A stretch of 64,000 bases of DNA, from the NCBI GenBank assembly GCA_937966095.1, contig CALCKF010000101.1:4190-68189 (forward strand), written 5' to 3'. Source of the stretch: an uncultured Eubacterium sp. (lineage in GTDB: Bacteria; Bacillota; Clostridia; Peptostreptococcales; Anaerovoracaceae). Under the pieces are notes generated by a model, which had not been told where the DNA came from, did not search any database, and saw only the letters and a list, made by a program, of their open reading frames with translations. The position numbers were made by a program, and so were the translations under genes. This document shows, piece by piece, positions 26,516 to 37,505 of the stretch. How positions within the stretch are numbered: the stretch's first letter is position 1; each line of letters begins with the position of its first letter.

Positions 26516-29500
26516 TTACCTATCTTCCTTTATAAATTCAGACAAAGCATTGTAATTCATCGTATCAGCCGCATATCCACTGTTTTTATTATTGTTTTGT
26601 AACGATTTATTAATAATAGACGTAATATCATAATTTTCCCGCCAAAATACCGTTCTGTATATATCAGGAATCCCATCATAATAATTGCTCTTTTCACCTT
26701 CTACGAAAACATCCCCATTAAAGTATGAACTCTTTGTTACAAAATCCGAATCGGTATATTTAAAACAATTAATCATATCTTCCAGATAGAATTCGCCGTA
26801 ATGATGATCCTTATTGAAATACGTTACCATATCTACAGAGTTTAATATATCTTCTGTAACCTCCTTTAATCTCAACACTTTTTTATTCGCGTATGATTGT
26901 CTTTCAAAATTATCTACATTATTTTTATTTTTATCGTCAACTATAACAAGAACTGATTTGTCAAGATTTTGCTTCAAATTACTAAGGCCTATTTTTTCGA
27001 GAATATAATTAAATCTATGATACACGGTTGCAGATCCGTACATTTTTCTTATACCCTCAAGCTGAAGTTCATACTCTTTATAAGGCGATAGTCTGTCAAA
27101 AGTTTCTTTAATTAAATAAGGAAAAAATTCAATAAATACATTGGGAAACATATTCTTCATTCCTATATTGAAATTGGAAATAATAAGACTTCCACATGCC
27201 TGAAGTTCATATACTCTGCTTGAAAACATACTTTTACTATATTTACTTGAATTTATGTTTATGGCCCATTTAAACAATTTATGTACTTTCATCAATATTG
27301 TATGATCAATTGAGGGATACACATAGTCATCATATCTAACAGGATATTTATATGCATCATTATCATGATAAAAATTCCTGTCAAAAATTTTAAGTTCTTT
27401 ATCCGATGCTATTACCCCGTCAAGCAGTATTGACATATCAACATTTCTTTCCGGGTATTTATTTGCATATCCCCATGTTCCGGCAAATATAACTTCGTCT
27501 CTCATATATTTTTCAAATCCTATTGGATTATGTATCAATGGATTTATTGCAAACGGCAAAACAAAAACATTTGGATTTCCTGTATCTTCAATATATTTGT
27601 GAACACAATCAACATCACTTGTAAAAATATAATCACATTCCTTTGCTATATATAAGAAAACATTATAGTTCCCAGGATCTTCTTTAGAATAAAAGACTAT
27701 TTTAGCCCCCTTATTTCTGTGGTATTCGATTATATCAAACAAATTATCTTTAACCCCACCTGTTTCTTTCGGTCTGCCTAAACCGGTCCAATCATCATTT
27801 ATACCGTGCCATGTTGAAACAATAAATAATACATCAATATCAGCCTTATAATTCTTGGGACTGAAATATATGACTTCCGCAACATCTCCATAAGTTTCAA
27901 GTTGAAATTCATCGGCAATAATGCCCATTCGAACACTATTACGCTTAAAATATCTGCTACCGTTACTGTCAGGAATTTCTTCTGCCAGTTTTATCAACTC
28001 ATCTATATATGCCTCCTTTTCACGCAATCGCATTGTATTTGCGGAACATATATTACCTTCAATTGTCATGCTGTCATCTACCGGATTTTTATTTATTTTA
28101 CTTTTTACATAATTATAAAGCCTTACTTCAAATAATTTTTCATACGCTGCATTCTTTCTTTTTGCCTTATACAATAAAGTATTATACAACTCCTTTTCTT
28201 TTGCCAATCTGTTTCTTATCTTATTTGTTTTTTCCAGTTTTGTTTTATAGAATTCAATTTGCTCTGATAATTCTTCAATAATAGGGTCATAATCAATTAT
28301 CTTATTATTTAATTCTTTTATTTCTCCATCTTTAAATGTGTTTTCTTCAGTAAGTTGACAAACTTGATTTGAATATAGAGTTACCTGTTCTGTTAACTTT
28401 TCTATTTCTATATTGTCATATGCTTTTTTCTGTAAAATTTTCTCATTAACATCAAGTGCTTCTTTTAATTCTATTTTAAGTTGATTTATTTCATCATTCT
28501 TATCAGTACATTCACATAATTTTTCTTCATTTTCAGCTTTAATATTTTCGATAACATTTTGTAACTCAATTAATTTTTTTTCATTTCCTTCAAGCTCTTG
28601 TTCAGCTTTTTCTTTATCTGCAATTATTATCGCGATCTCTTTTCGCAGATTTTCTTTTTCATTTTCGGTTTCGTTTATAATTTCCCTGTTTTTTTCAATT
28701 TCTTTTAATAATTTGCTATTTACCTCTTTCAATTCTTTTTCATATTCTTTTTCTTTAAAATTGTTTTCTATTTGAAGCAGTTTAACATCACTTCTGGCTT
28801 TATAAAGCTCCTCTATAAGATTTATAATTTCCTCATTAACATCTTTATTACTTAATGATTCTTTCAAAAACATATCAATTTCTTCCAACTTTTGTGATAG
28901 TCTTTCATTATTGACACTTTCAATGTTTGTTATTTTATTTATACCATTCATATTTTTCAATGCTGCCAGCTCCTTGTTCAATCTTTCAATTTTACTTTTA
29001 TGTGCTTCTATTTGTTTCTGTTTTTCAGAATCTATATAGAAAAAATTATTTTCTAATTTTTTCAACAGTTTATCGTCTATGATCACATTATCTTCCTTGC
29101 TATTGTTGTCAGCTACAAATCCTATCCAGCCTCCTAAAAAACACACCTCCGCAACTTTAATTCGTTTATTTATTTGATTAAATAGTTCAAGAAAATAATA
29201 TGTCCTCTTATGATCCGGAAATGGATTTATCCCGAATGGAACCGTTATAATAATACGTCCATTATTATTTAACAATTCTATTGCTTTATCTATAAATTCT
29301 TCCGGATTAAAAACATGTTCAAGTATTTCACCCATAATTACAGTATCAAATTTTTTATTAAATTCATATTGGAGGAAGTCTCCTTGTATAAAATTTACAT
29401 TAGAAATAACTCTTTTATCTTCTTCCTTTTTTAAATTATCAGCATATTTTATACTTTCCTCTGCTATATCTATTCCAGTTACACGTTTATTTCCTATACC

Positions 29501-29731
29501 TAACAATATTGACACTATTCCTTGTGAACAGCCAACATCTAAAACATCTTGTCCATTCACCTGTTCACAAATCCAATTAATACGTTTCTTTGCTTTTTCT
29601 TGTGATATATAACCTAAGTCCCCGTTATAGCCCTGGCTTATTCTATCTAAATTACCTTTAGTTTTAACATCCATAATGATATTCCCCATATTAGCCAACC
29701 ATAAACTTCTTATATGCATCCAAAACTTCAT
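26516..29731 (-). CDS. Fusion protein: class I SAM methyltransferase - long coiled coil - CgeB-like glycosyltransferase domain
   Basis: Has the SAM motif VLDVGCSQGIVSILLG, an approximately 330-aa heptad-rich E/K/L/N segment, and a C-terminal domain paralogous to the N-terminus of ORF 31216..33717 (ECDYIFTSDVDCVHKYIEDTGNPNVFVLPFAINPLIHNP). The true start is probably the ATG at 29689 or 29674, because the track start overlaps the upstream gene. Confidence 0.7.
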   Translation of the reverse strand: MKFWMHIRSLWLANMGNIIMDVKTKGNLDRISQGYNGDLGYISQEKAKKRINWICEQVNGQDVLDVGCSQGIVSILLGIGNKRVTGIDIAEESIKYADNLKKEEDKRVISNVNFIQGDFLQYEFNKKFDTVIMGEILEHVFNPEEFIDKAIELLNNNGRIIITVPFGINPFPDHKRTYYFLELFNQINKRIKVAEVCFLGGWIGFVADNNSKEDNVIIDDKLLKKLENNFFYIDSEKQKQIEAHKSKIERLNKELAALKNMNGINKITNIESVNNERLSQKLEEIDMFLKESLSNKDVNEEIINLIEELYKARSDVKLLQIENNFKEKEYEKELKEVNSKLLKEIEKNREIINETENEKENLRKEIAIIIADKEKAEQELEGNEKKLIELQNVIENIKAENEEKLCECTDKNDEINQLKIELKEALDVNEKILQKKAYDNIEIEKLTEQVTLYSNQVCQLTEENTFKDGEIKELNNKIIDYDPIIEELSEQIEFYKTKLEKTNKIRNRLAKEKELYNTLLYKAKRKNAAYEKLFEVRLYNYVKSKINKNPVDDSMTIEGNICSANTMRLREKEAYIDELIKLAEEIPDSNGSRYFKRNSVRMGIIADEFQLETYGDVAEVIYFSPKNYKADIDVLFIVSTWHGINDDWTGLGRPKETGGVKDNLFDIIEYHRNKGAKIVFYSKEDPGNYNVFLYIAKECDYIFTSDVDCVHKYIEDTGNPNVFVLPFAINPLIHNPIGFEKYMRDEVIFAGTWGYANKYPERNVDMSILLDGVIASDKELKIFDRNFYHDNDAYKYPVRYDDYVYPSIDHTILMKVHKLFKWAININSSKYSKSMFSSRVYELQACGSLIISNFNIGMKNMFPNVFIEFFPYLIKETFDRLSPYKEYELQLEGIRKMYGSATVYHRFNYILEKIGLSNLKQNLDKSVLVIVDDKNKNNVDNFERQSYANKKVLRLKEVTEDILNSVDMVTYFNKDHHYGEFYLEDMINCFKYTDSDFVTKSSYFNGDVFVEGEKSNYYDGIPDIYRTVFWRENYDITSIINKSLQNNNKNSGYAADTMNYNALSEFIKEDR

Positions 29732-30440
29732 CTGTATCCCCGAACATCTTCGCTTCGCCCTGATGCAGCCACAAAATCCTGCTGCACAGTCCCCTGAGAC
29801 TTTCTGTGGTATGATTAACTATTACAACACTCCTGTTTTCATCCTTTATCATACTCATCATTTTTTCATAGCTTTTCTTTCTGAATCTCATATCACCTAC
29901 GCTTAACACCTCATCAATAAGCAATATTTCAGGTGTGAGCACTGAGCTTATCGAAAATGCCAGCTTAGAATACATACCGCTGGAATATGTTTTTACCGGT
30001 TTATAGATAAAATCTCCCAGTTCCGAAAATTCTATGATTTCTTCAAGTACAGCCTTTATCTCTTCCTTATTGAATCCCATCGCATATCCCGCCAGAAATA
30101 TATTCTGATATCCTGACAATCTGGACTGAAATCCTGTTCCAAGTGACAGAAGAGAGCATCTGTCACTACGAACAAGTATCCTTCCGCCATCAACTCCATA
30201 TACCCCCGCTATAGCTCCGAGAAGAGTACTCTTTCCGGAACCGTTTTCTCCCACTATCCCTACCGTTTCGCCTTTTTTCACTTCAAACGAAACATTTTTC
30301 ACAGCCTGAAATGCAGTATTTGATGATATTTTTTTATTCTTCGGTCTGAATAAATTTTTAAGAAAGATCCTGTAATTTACAGCACCTATTCCCCTGTATG
30401 CTATTGTAACATTCTTTACATCTATCGCTATATCATTCAT
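29691..30440 (-). CDS. TagH/Wzt-type polysaccharide/teichoic-acid ABC exporter ATP-binding protein
   Basis: Walker A GENGSGKST, signature YSSGMYSKL and Walker B LLIDEVLSVGD are present. It is coupled (ATGA overlap) to an ABC-2 permease. Confidence 0.85.
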   Translation of the reverse strand: MNDIAIDVKNVTIAYRGIGAVNYRIFLKNLFRPKNKKISSNTAFQAVKNVSFEVKKGETVGIVGENGSGKSTLLGAIAGVYGVDGGRILVRSDRCSLLSLGTGFQSRLSGYQNIFLAGYAMGFNKEEIKAVLEEIIEFSELGDFIYKPVKTYSSGMYSKLAFSISSVLTPEILLIDEVLSVGDMRFRKKSYEKMMSMIKDENRSVVIVNHTTESLRGLCSRILWLHQGEAKMFGDTDEVLDAYKKFMVG

Positions 30441-31216
30441 CAGAACGCCACCTTCATAAAATCCTTCTCTCCCTTATAAAGGAGCGAAACTCCTATAACA
30501 CTGAGTATTATACCTATAACAAACCAATAAAGTAACATAACATAATCTAAACCTATACCATACATCATAACGTTTCTGAACTGCATAATAATAAACCCTG
30601 TAGGGCATATCATACTATAAATACTTAAAAGGCTATCACTGAATCTGTCGACCGCATAAAATACCCCTGATAAGTAGAATAGAAACCTCATCATAACGGT
30701 TAATACATGACTCAAATCAGATACAAAAACGCCTATATAGGCAAAAATAGAACCTATTCCAAATATCAAAACAAAATATACTACAAATATTGGTACAATC
30801 ATAAATATATTAATGGTAAGAGGTATCTGAAGAACAATTATTGATATCAAACATATAAATAGACTTATGAACATCTTTATCATATTTTCAAACTGCCGCA
30901 TAAGTACCAATATGAATTTTGGTATATATGCTTTTTTGGTCACTGCAGAGTAGGAGTTTATTATACCAACACAGCTCTCTACTGTTGAACCAAAAAAATT
31001 CCATATGGTTATTCCCATAAATACAAATAATGGAAAATTATCCACATGATATTGAAATACATACATAGCAACAAATGTATACACCAACATGAAAAGAAGC
31101 GGATCCAATATCCACCACATCCAGCCAAGATATGATCCTGCCACCTGTGACTTCAGCTCTGAAGCAGCCGAATACATAGCATATTTATAGTATCTATTCA
31201 AATCTCTCAAAAACAT
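30440..31216 (-). CDS. ABC-2 type (TagG/Wzm-like) exporter permease
   Basis: 258 aa with six predicted TM helices, tightly coupled on both sides. Confidence 0.8.
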   Translation of the reverse strand: MFLRDLNRYYKYAMYSAASELKSQVAGSYLGWMWWILDPLLFMLVYTFVAMYVFQYHVDNFPLFVFMGITIWNFFGSTVESCVGIINSYSAVTKKAYIPKFILVLMRQFENMIKMFISLFICLISIIVLQIPLTINIFMIVPIFVVYFVLIFGIGSIFAYIGVFVSDLSHVLTVMMRFLFYLSGVFYAVDRFSDSLLSIYSMICPTGFIIMQFRNVMMYGIGLDYVMLLYWFVIGIILSVIGVSLLYKGEKDFMKVAF

Positions 31217-33717
31217 TAAATTATCTCCTTGATATAATTATGATAATCGCCTATCTTTTTCCCATATAAGTCAACAATATCCGATATTATTTCAATGCAT
31301 TTATCTTTTTCATCTGCTGATGTATCTTTGAGTTTGTCTATATACCAGTTAATTACAAAAAAATCAAGTTTTCTGTTTATATATTCATCAAGCAAGCCAT
31401 ACTCCCGGAGCCTGTTTACCTGATAAGCCTCAAGGATAAGCGATTTGCGAAAGAATTCCGTACCTATGTCATTTATCGACGAATTCATCCTCTGCGCATA
31501 ATATGTATGTATGGGCAGATTAATATAATATACTTTGCCGGCATTTATCATCAATTCATGGAAGAACAATGTGTCTTCACCGAATGCTCCTTCCGGATTT
31601 TCTATCTTATTTTCAACAATTAGTTCTCTTTTCATCATACAGGCCTGTATGCTCTGGCTTCTGAACTTTTCTTCTACAAGAAGCTTCCTCGGCTCTTCTA
31701 TAAGCTTGTCCTTGAACAGGTACCCTATCCTCATCAGCTTATCGGCTGTCGCCCGCATATAGATGGCGCCGAAAGTCATATCTGCACCTGTTTCTATCAA
31801 TTTTTCATACAATTTGGAATATCCGTCGTTAATTGCTTCGTTATCAGGGTCAAGGTATGTTATATATGGTTCGTCGGATATTTCAACTCCTTTATTTCTT
31901 GGCCTTGCAGCACTTCCGCTTCCACCGGTTTCAAAAAAATATGATGTGACATTGCTGTATCTTCGTTCAAGCTTATTTATGATTTTTATGGTATTTTCAT
32001 CGTCAGATCCGTCATCTATCAGATATATATGCATAATATCAAATATACTGCTTCTCAGCAGACTCCTGAAGCATCTTCCCTCCAGATATTCACCGTTATT
32101 ATACACAGGTACTATAACAGCAATTTTACTGTCTGACTGTACAACATTTTGTATTTCATTGAGCTCGAATCCATCTATCCTGAAACCATTCCCTGTTATT
32201 TTCCCATGGTCGAGATCTGAAGATCTGTATTTTGAAGATGTCATGACTGTTGCATATAAATCCTCTGATATATCGGTATATTCATATTCTTGATTTCGGA
32301 TTGCTTTTTCCTTTGTCACGAACTCAACATCACAATATTTGAAAGCATTCAGCATATCTGTGAGATAATTGTCGCCGTATTCATATTTATCACTAAAAAA
32401 TGCCACAAATCCATCGCTGTTTAACTCATTATCATAATGAGACTCTGTAACAAGTTCCTTTGGTACATAAGTCTGATTTTCAAACATTCTGCATATGTTA
32501 TCTGTTTTTTCTTTACACAGCACTGTCACTTTTTTTTCAGGAAATTTATAATTTACTCCGCATTTTTCAAAAATATAATTCATCCTGTCAAAGACTGTTT
32601 TAGATGTCATTACATTTCTCAGATTTTCAACCTGCATCCTGTAAAGTTCCTCTTCGGGATATTTTCCCATGATTTCCTTTACTTCATCAGAATTATTTAC
32701 AATAAATATTCCCGGGAAATTTTCTGAAACAGCCAACGAATAATTTGACAGCATAAGACACCCTAATGCCTGAAGTTCATACACTCTCATAGCACACATG
32801 GTAGGGCTGTCCTGAACAGTATTGATATTTACATTAAATCGAAAAAGTTTATGGACTTTCTGTAACAATGTATGGTCTATTGAAGGTATGGTGAATGATC
32901 TGTATCTCTTTGGAAATCTGTACCCCGGCAATCTGACATCAATATTTCTATCGGCTATTACAAGATTCTTTCCTGCGTCCAGTATTCCGTCAAAAATTAG
33001 TTTTATATCACGGCATCGATTTTTATATCTGTCCATCCAGCTTCCGGCAAAAAATACAGATAAATAATCATATTGATCTGTCACTTCATATTTTTTATTA
33101 ATACCTATAGGATTATGAAATATAGGATTGACACCGTATTCAAGCAAAAATACATTGGTATTGCCTGTGTCTTTTTTATACCTTTCAATACAATCAGTAT
33201 CGGAAGTAAATATGTAGTCGCATTCATTTGCAATCGGAAGATATCTGTCATAATTTGTGGGGTCTTCTATCGTCTGGAATATGGTGGTTATTTCTTTATT
33301 ATTGGCATATTTAATCACGTCAGGAACATCGCCATGCAATATATCACCATACCAGTCATTGTTGCACATGCCGCGCCAGCAACTGACATACATGACGATA
33401 TCAGGTTCGACATTATCGATTATCTCCTTATAATGATCATGGTTAATTATAATGAATCCTGCTGCATCTTTATAATAGTTATACATGAATTCATCGGTTA
33501 TGATACCTACTTTCAAGAGGGCTTTGCTATAATACGCACTTCCGTCAGAAGCACCGATATTCGCAGTTATACTTTCAAAATTCTCGATAAATTTACTGTT
33601 ATTTAAAGAAATTTTACGCAAAGTAAAACTGTTTTTAAAATTAGTGAACATTTGCCACGTCTTATTTAAAACTCTTCGCCAAGTAAGATGTTTCATCCTG
33701 ATCAATAATTTTTTCAA
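31216..33717 (-). CDS. Bifunctional glycosyltransferase (CgeB-like N-terminal domain plus GT2 C-terminal domain)
   Basis: The N-terminal domain is paralogous to the C-terminus of the 1071-aa protein (ECDYIFTSDTDCIERYKKDTGNTNVFLLEYGVNPIFHNP). The GT2 core is IAVIVPVYNNGEYLEGRCFRSLL...IYLIDDGSDD. Confidence 0.75.
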   Translation of the reverse strand: MKKLLIRMKHLTWRRVLNKTWQMFTNFKNSFTLRKISLNNSKFIENFESITANIGASDGSAYYSKALLKVGIITDEFMYNYYKDAAGFIIINHDHYKEIIDNVEPDIVMYVSCWRGMCNNDWYGDILHGDVPDVIKYANNKEITTIFQTIEDPTNYDRYLPIANECDYIFTSDTDCIERYKKDTGNTNVFLLEYGVNPIFHNPIGINKKYEVTDQYDYLSVFFAGSWMDRYKNRCRDIKLIFDGILDAGKNLVIADRNIDVRLPGYRFPKRYRSFTIPSIDHTLLQKVHKLFRFNVNINTVQDSPTMCAMRVYELQALGCLMLSNYSLAVSENFPGIFIVNNSDEVKEIMGKYPEEELYRMQVENLRNVMTSKTVFDRMNYIFEKCGVNYKFPEKKVTVLCKEKTDNICRMFENQTYVPKELVTESHYDNELNSDGFVAFFSDKYEYGDNYLTDMLNAFKYCDVEFVTKEKAIRNQEYEYTDISEDLYATVMTSSKYRSSDLDHGKITGNGFRIDGFELNEIQNVVQSDSKIAVIVPVYNNGEYLEGRCFRSLLRSSIFDIMHIYLIDDGSDDENTIKIINKLERRYSNVTSYFFETGGSGSAARPRNKGVEISDEPYITYLDPDNEAINDGYSKLYEKLIETGADMTFGAIYMRATADKLMRIGYLFKDKLIEEPRKLLVEEKFRSQSIQACMMKRELIVENKIENPEGAFGEDTLFFHELMINAGKVYYINLPIHTYYAQRMNSSINDIGTEFFRKSLILEAYQVNRLREYGLLDEYINRKLDFFVINWYIDKLKDTSADEKDKCIEIISDIVDLYGKKIGDYHNYIKEII

Positions 33718-33735
33718 GATATGCCTCCGGATATT

Positions 33736-34923
33736 CTAAACGCACAGATGCGCAGTGTTCAATATTTCTTTTTCCCGCTCTATAAATTCTCTGTGCTTCT
33801 GAGCAACAACAATGAGATCAGAATCCTGTAATGCTTCGTTCAAAGATATCATTTCTATACCTTCTAAAACATCTATGCCGGCATTCGGATCACATCCTCT
33901 GACTTTATAGCCTTTATCTTTTAGATTTTTTGCAAGATCAACAGATGGACTCTCCCTGAAATCATCAATATCAGGTTTGTAGCTCATTCCCAGTATCGTA
34001 ATTTTTTTCCTTTTATTTTTTTCTAAAATTTTTTCAACTTTCTCTGCTATATATGAAGGCTTCATGTTATTTACTTTTCTTGCGATACCGATAAGTTTTG
34101 CTTCTTCTTTAAATGCATCGATGATAAAATACGGATCAACGGCAAGACAATGTCCTCCCACTCCTACTCCCGGCGAAAGAATGTTGACTCTAGGATGCTT
34201 GTTTGCAAGAGAAATCAAGTCTTTAACGTTGATATCAAGTTTATCGCATATGATTGAGAGTTCATTTGCAAATGCTATGTTAACATCACGATATGAATTT
34301 TCTACAAGCTTGCACATTTCGGCAGTGATATCATCCGTAAGATAAACTTTGCCGCCTTTTAAAAATGTTTCATATAAGGCCTGTGCTCTTATGGCAGATT
34401 CCTCTCTTTCCGCGCCTATTATCCTGTCGTTATGCTCCATCTCATACATTATATTGCCCGGCAATACCCGTTCCGGACAATGAACTGTATAAAATTCTTC
34501 TCTGGCAAGTCCACTTTTTTTCTCAAGTATATCTGTCATTTTCCTTGTTGCTGTAGGGGGAACCGTGGATTCCAAAATAACAAGATCATCTTTTTTAAGC
34601 TTTTCAGCAACCAAATTTGCGGCACTTTCAACGTATGACAGATCCGCCTTTTTTTCGTTACATTCCTCCTCAAATGGTGTAGGTACCGAAATTATATACG
34701 CATCACTTTCCTGCAAAGAATCGTATACTTTAAATTTTTCGGTTTTCAGCACTGTTTCAAATACATCCTGCAGTCCTTTTTCCACTATATGTATATGTCC
34801 TTCATTAAGCTTCTTTACTACTTCTCGAGATATGTCAAAACCTTTCACATCATGTCCGTTTAAAGCAAGTATTATTGCTGTAGGTAATCCTATATATCCT
34901 AATCCGATTACACTGATATTCAT
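33736..34923 (-). CDS. wecC: UDP-N-acetyl-D-mannosamine (nucleotide-sugar) dehydrogenase
   Basis: Rossmann N-terminus ISVIGLGYIGLPTA and catalytic-Cys region GVGGHCLAVDPYF. The UDP-ManNAc specificity is inferred from pairing with the 2-epimerase. Confidence 0.75.
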   Translation of the reverse strand: MNISVIGLGYIGLPTAIILALNGHDVKGFDISREVVKKLNEGHIHIVEKGLQDVFETVLKTEKFKVYDSLQESDAYIISVPTPFEEECNEKKADLSYVESAANLVAEKLKKDDLVILESTVPPTATRKMTDILEKKSGLAREEFYTVHCPERVLPGNIMYEMEHNDRIIGAEREESAIRAQALYETFLKGGKVYLTDDITAEMCKLVENSYRDVNIAFANELSIICDKLDINVKDLISLANKHPRVNILSPGVGVGGHCLAVDPYFIIDAFKEEAKLIGIARKVNNMKPSYIAEKVEKILEKNKRKKITILGMSYKPDIDDFRESPSVDLAKNLKDKGYKVRGCDPNAGIDVLEGIEMISLNEALQDSDLIVVAQKHREFIEREKEILNTAHLCV

Positions 34924-34962
34924 TTTCTCCTTCTTTTCTCCTTCTTCTTCGTATATTTTGCT

Positions 34963-35688
34963 TTATGATGCTCGTCTGTTTATTAATAAAAACTTTATTA
35001 TTTCTTTTATATGTACTATCCTTTTAGGTTGAAATATTATCCTGTACAGCCACTCCATATCAAGACGTATTATCCATTTTGGAGCTCTTTTTACTTTGCC
35101 GGATATAACATCTACTGAACCGCCTACACCAAGAAAAAATTTTATATTTGGTAATAAGTTTCGATTTTCATCTATATATATTTCCTGCAAAGGGCTTCCA
35201 CATGCCACAAACAAGATCTCTGCTCCGCTTTCATTAATACATCTGTTTATGTAATCATTGTCTTTCTCATATCCGTTCATGTAGCCTGCTATTTTTATAC
35301 CTCTGAAGGTCCGTTTCAAATTCTTAATGGCTTGTTTAAGATTTTCTGCAGAAGCTCCGTATATAAAAATAGGGATACCCGTTTCCGATGCTACTTTGCA
35401 CATTTTATTCATCAGATCTATGCCTGTTATCCTTTCACGAATAATCAGTTTTCTCTTTTTGGCAGTATATAATATGCCTACACCATCAGGAATCAATATA
35501 TCTGCATTCAAAAGTATTTCTTTTACTTTTTTATCCTGATCTGCCAGCATAACTTTTAAAGGATTTATAGCGAAAACAACATTTTTAGTGTCCTTAGAAA
35601 TGTCGTGCATTAATTTGACTATAAGATCTTCTAATGTGCCCGCATATATATCACATCCAAACATTGATACATATTTGACATCATCCAT
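34963..35688 (-). CDS. WecB/TagA/CpsF-family glycosyltransferase (ManNAc/ManNAcA transferase)
   Basis: ADILIPDGVGILY, FVACGSPLQEIYI, GVGGSVDVISGKVKRAP and EWLYRIIFQPKR are the family's conserved blocks. Confidence 0.85.
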   Translation of the reverse strand: MDDVKYVSMFGCDIYAGTLEDLIVKLMHDISKDTKNVVFAINPLKVMLADQDKKVKEILLNADILIPDGVGILYTAKKRKLIIRERITGIDLMNKMCKVASETGIPIFIYGASAENLKQAIKNLKRTFRGIKIAGYMNGYEKDNDYINRCINESGAEILFVACGSPLQEIYIDENRNLLPNIKFFLGVGGSVDVISGKVKRAPKWIIRLDMEWLYRIIFQPKRIVHIKEIIKFLLINRRAS

Positions 35689-36583
35689 TTCCGATTCTCC
35701 TTCTTCTGTATTTATCTGCTATCCCTATCATAGCAACAAATGTTTCTGAAAAATATTTTTGCCATTTTATGTATGAATATTCCCCACAAATTATATCGTT
35801 TACCAATTGTAAGAATGCTTTCTTAGAACATAGATTTATACTTATAGGATTTCTTTCATATATATGATCCACCATATCATCTCTATATCCTCTTTTTACT
35901 TTTTTTATCCTACGTACTGTTTCCGGATTTATATACAAGCCTTCATATTCACAGTTTAAATGTCTCAATGTAATTTCTCCTTTTATATATCTCAGAAAAG
36001 TACTGTAATATCCCAACCCACTTACATCAAAATATAAAGATGTGATATAGCTGTATATTGCGCGGAAGTCATAAGGCACGCGCTCATATAATTCTCCTAC
36101 ATTAAAAAAAATATCTCTAACTCCTATATAATCCTCCATTTTCTTATACCATTTCAATTTATTCATAAGTATCGATATCATTGCGTATTCAAATTTAGGC
36201 TCTTCCTTTATCTTCCGTTTTGTTTTTAGATATTCAGTTATATTCACATAGGGTGTGGCAAATTCATAAAACTCAATTAAATCATTTTTGCTATCCAAAA
36301 AAGATTTTCCTTTTTCTGTGAGCTTTATAATATCATCTGACAAAAGTTTCCTTCCTTTAGAGGTTGAAGCTATAAAAAAAGATTTGTCACGCTCTGCAAA
36401 ACCTTTTTTTATCATTGAATTAAGCATTGATTTTCTGTTGTTTAATTTTATGTCTTTGTCAAAATATATTTTTTCGCATAATGTTTTTTCTGAAATGTCA
36501 CACTTTATATTATTTAAAAACACTATTTCAAAATATTCTCTCAATAATGTTTCTTTTCTTTTTTTTTCGGCAAATGAATACAT
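35681..36583 (-). CDS. Hypothetical protein
   Basis: 300 aa, basic, Lys/Tyr-rich, with no motif I recognise. Coding is supported by length, strand and its 8-nt overlap with the downstream gene. Confidence 0.4.
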   Translation of the reverse strand: MYSFAEKKRKETLLREYFEIVFLNNIKCDISEKTLCEKIYFDKDIKLNNRKSMLNSMIKKGFAERDKSFFIASTSKGRKLLSDDIIKLTEKGKSFLDSKNDLIEFYEFATPYVNITEYLKTKRKIKEEPKFEYAMISILMNKLKWYKKMEDYIGVRDIFFNVGELYERVPYDFRAIYSYITSLYFDVSGLGYYSTFLRYIKGEITLRHLNCEYEGLYINPETVRRIKKVKRGYRDDMVDHIYERNPISINLCSKKAFLQLVNDIICGEYSYIKWQKYFSETFVAMIGIADKYRRRRIGNG

Positions 36584-36593
36584 TTTAATCTCC

Positions 36594-37487
36594 TTATTTC
36601 ATGTCTTCATTGTCAAAAGAAAGATATGGTCTAAAATATTTAACTTTTAGTTTATTTCTATATCTTCCTTTTCTTAAAATAATCAAAATTAAAATACATA
36701 AAATAAATGTTATTAGAATCGCAGATATTATAACGATTAATCCAATTACATTTATACGTTTATCCAGAAATTCCATTTTTTCTTTACTTTGATCGTATGT
36801 ATAATAATTTTTTTCTTTGCCATTGTTTCCGTAGAAAATTTTTTTCCCCAAAGAAATTAGAACATATTTATCCCCATTTATGTTTTTCACCTCAGAAGGA
36901 TATATTTCCTCAGTAATCGGATTATACATATACCACTTTTTATCATTCTGATCCAAATCATTCACATACTGAATAATAACAATATCTTCAATAGGATTTT
37001 CTGCTACTGTTATTTTTCCAAATCGTTTTGTTACTACATTATTTTTTTGGAAACCATCCGGAAGTAATTTGAAATCCGGATCTTCTAATACATAAAGGTT
37101 ACCATTCAAAAGCAATTCATTATTTTTTACTATATGAACATTTATAATATATATTGATTGTTCTCCTTCGTTATCAGTAACTGTAATCTTTTTTTCTATA
37201 TCTCTGTTTGAAAATTCAACAGGACCCTCAATTTTGATTCTGGATAAACCGTTTAAAGGTTCAGCAAAAGTGTGGCAGTCTTTGTTTTCTTGTTCGCTTG
37301 TTACATAAACATCATAATCATATATATCTGAAGAAAATTCCGGCACAAGCTCTCCACAATTTATATATAAGTCAGACAGTTTTGTATCTGAATCATTGGG
37401 AACTGCAAAAGATGGCTCTAAAACTACCATATTTATTAACAAAATAAATATAAATAACAGTGATTTGCAATTAAATTTTTTTAACAT
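36594..37487 (-). CDS. Membrane-anchored protein with a cadherin-like beta-sandwich domain
   Basis: Signal peptide (LLFIFILLINMVVLEPSFA). LSDLYINCGELVPEFSSDIYDYDVYV matches the cadherin-like (L..L.v..G.L.P.F....Y.v.V) motif. C-terminal TM is VIGLIVIISAILITFILCILILII. Confidence 0.55.
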   Translation of the reverse strand: MLKKFNCKSLLFIFILLINMVVLEPSFAVPNDSDTKLSDLYINCGELVPEFSSDIYDYDVYVTSEQENKDCHTFAEPLNGLSRIKIEGPVEFSNRDIEKKITVTDNEGEQSIYIINVHIVKNNELLLNGNLYVLEDPDFKLLPDGFQKNNVVTKRFGKITVAENPIEDIVIIQYVNDLDQNDKKWYMYNPITEEIYPSEVKNINGDKYVLISLGKKIFYGNNGKEKNYYTYDQSKEKMEFLDKRINVIGLIVIISAILITFILCILILIILRKGRYRNKLKVKYFRPYLSFDNEDMK

Positions 37488-37505
37488 ATTTCCTCTTAAA
37501 ATACA

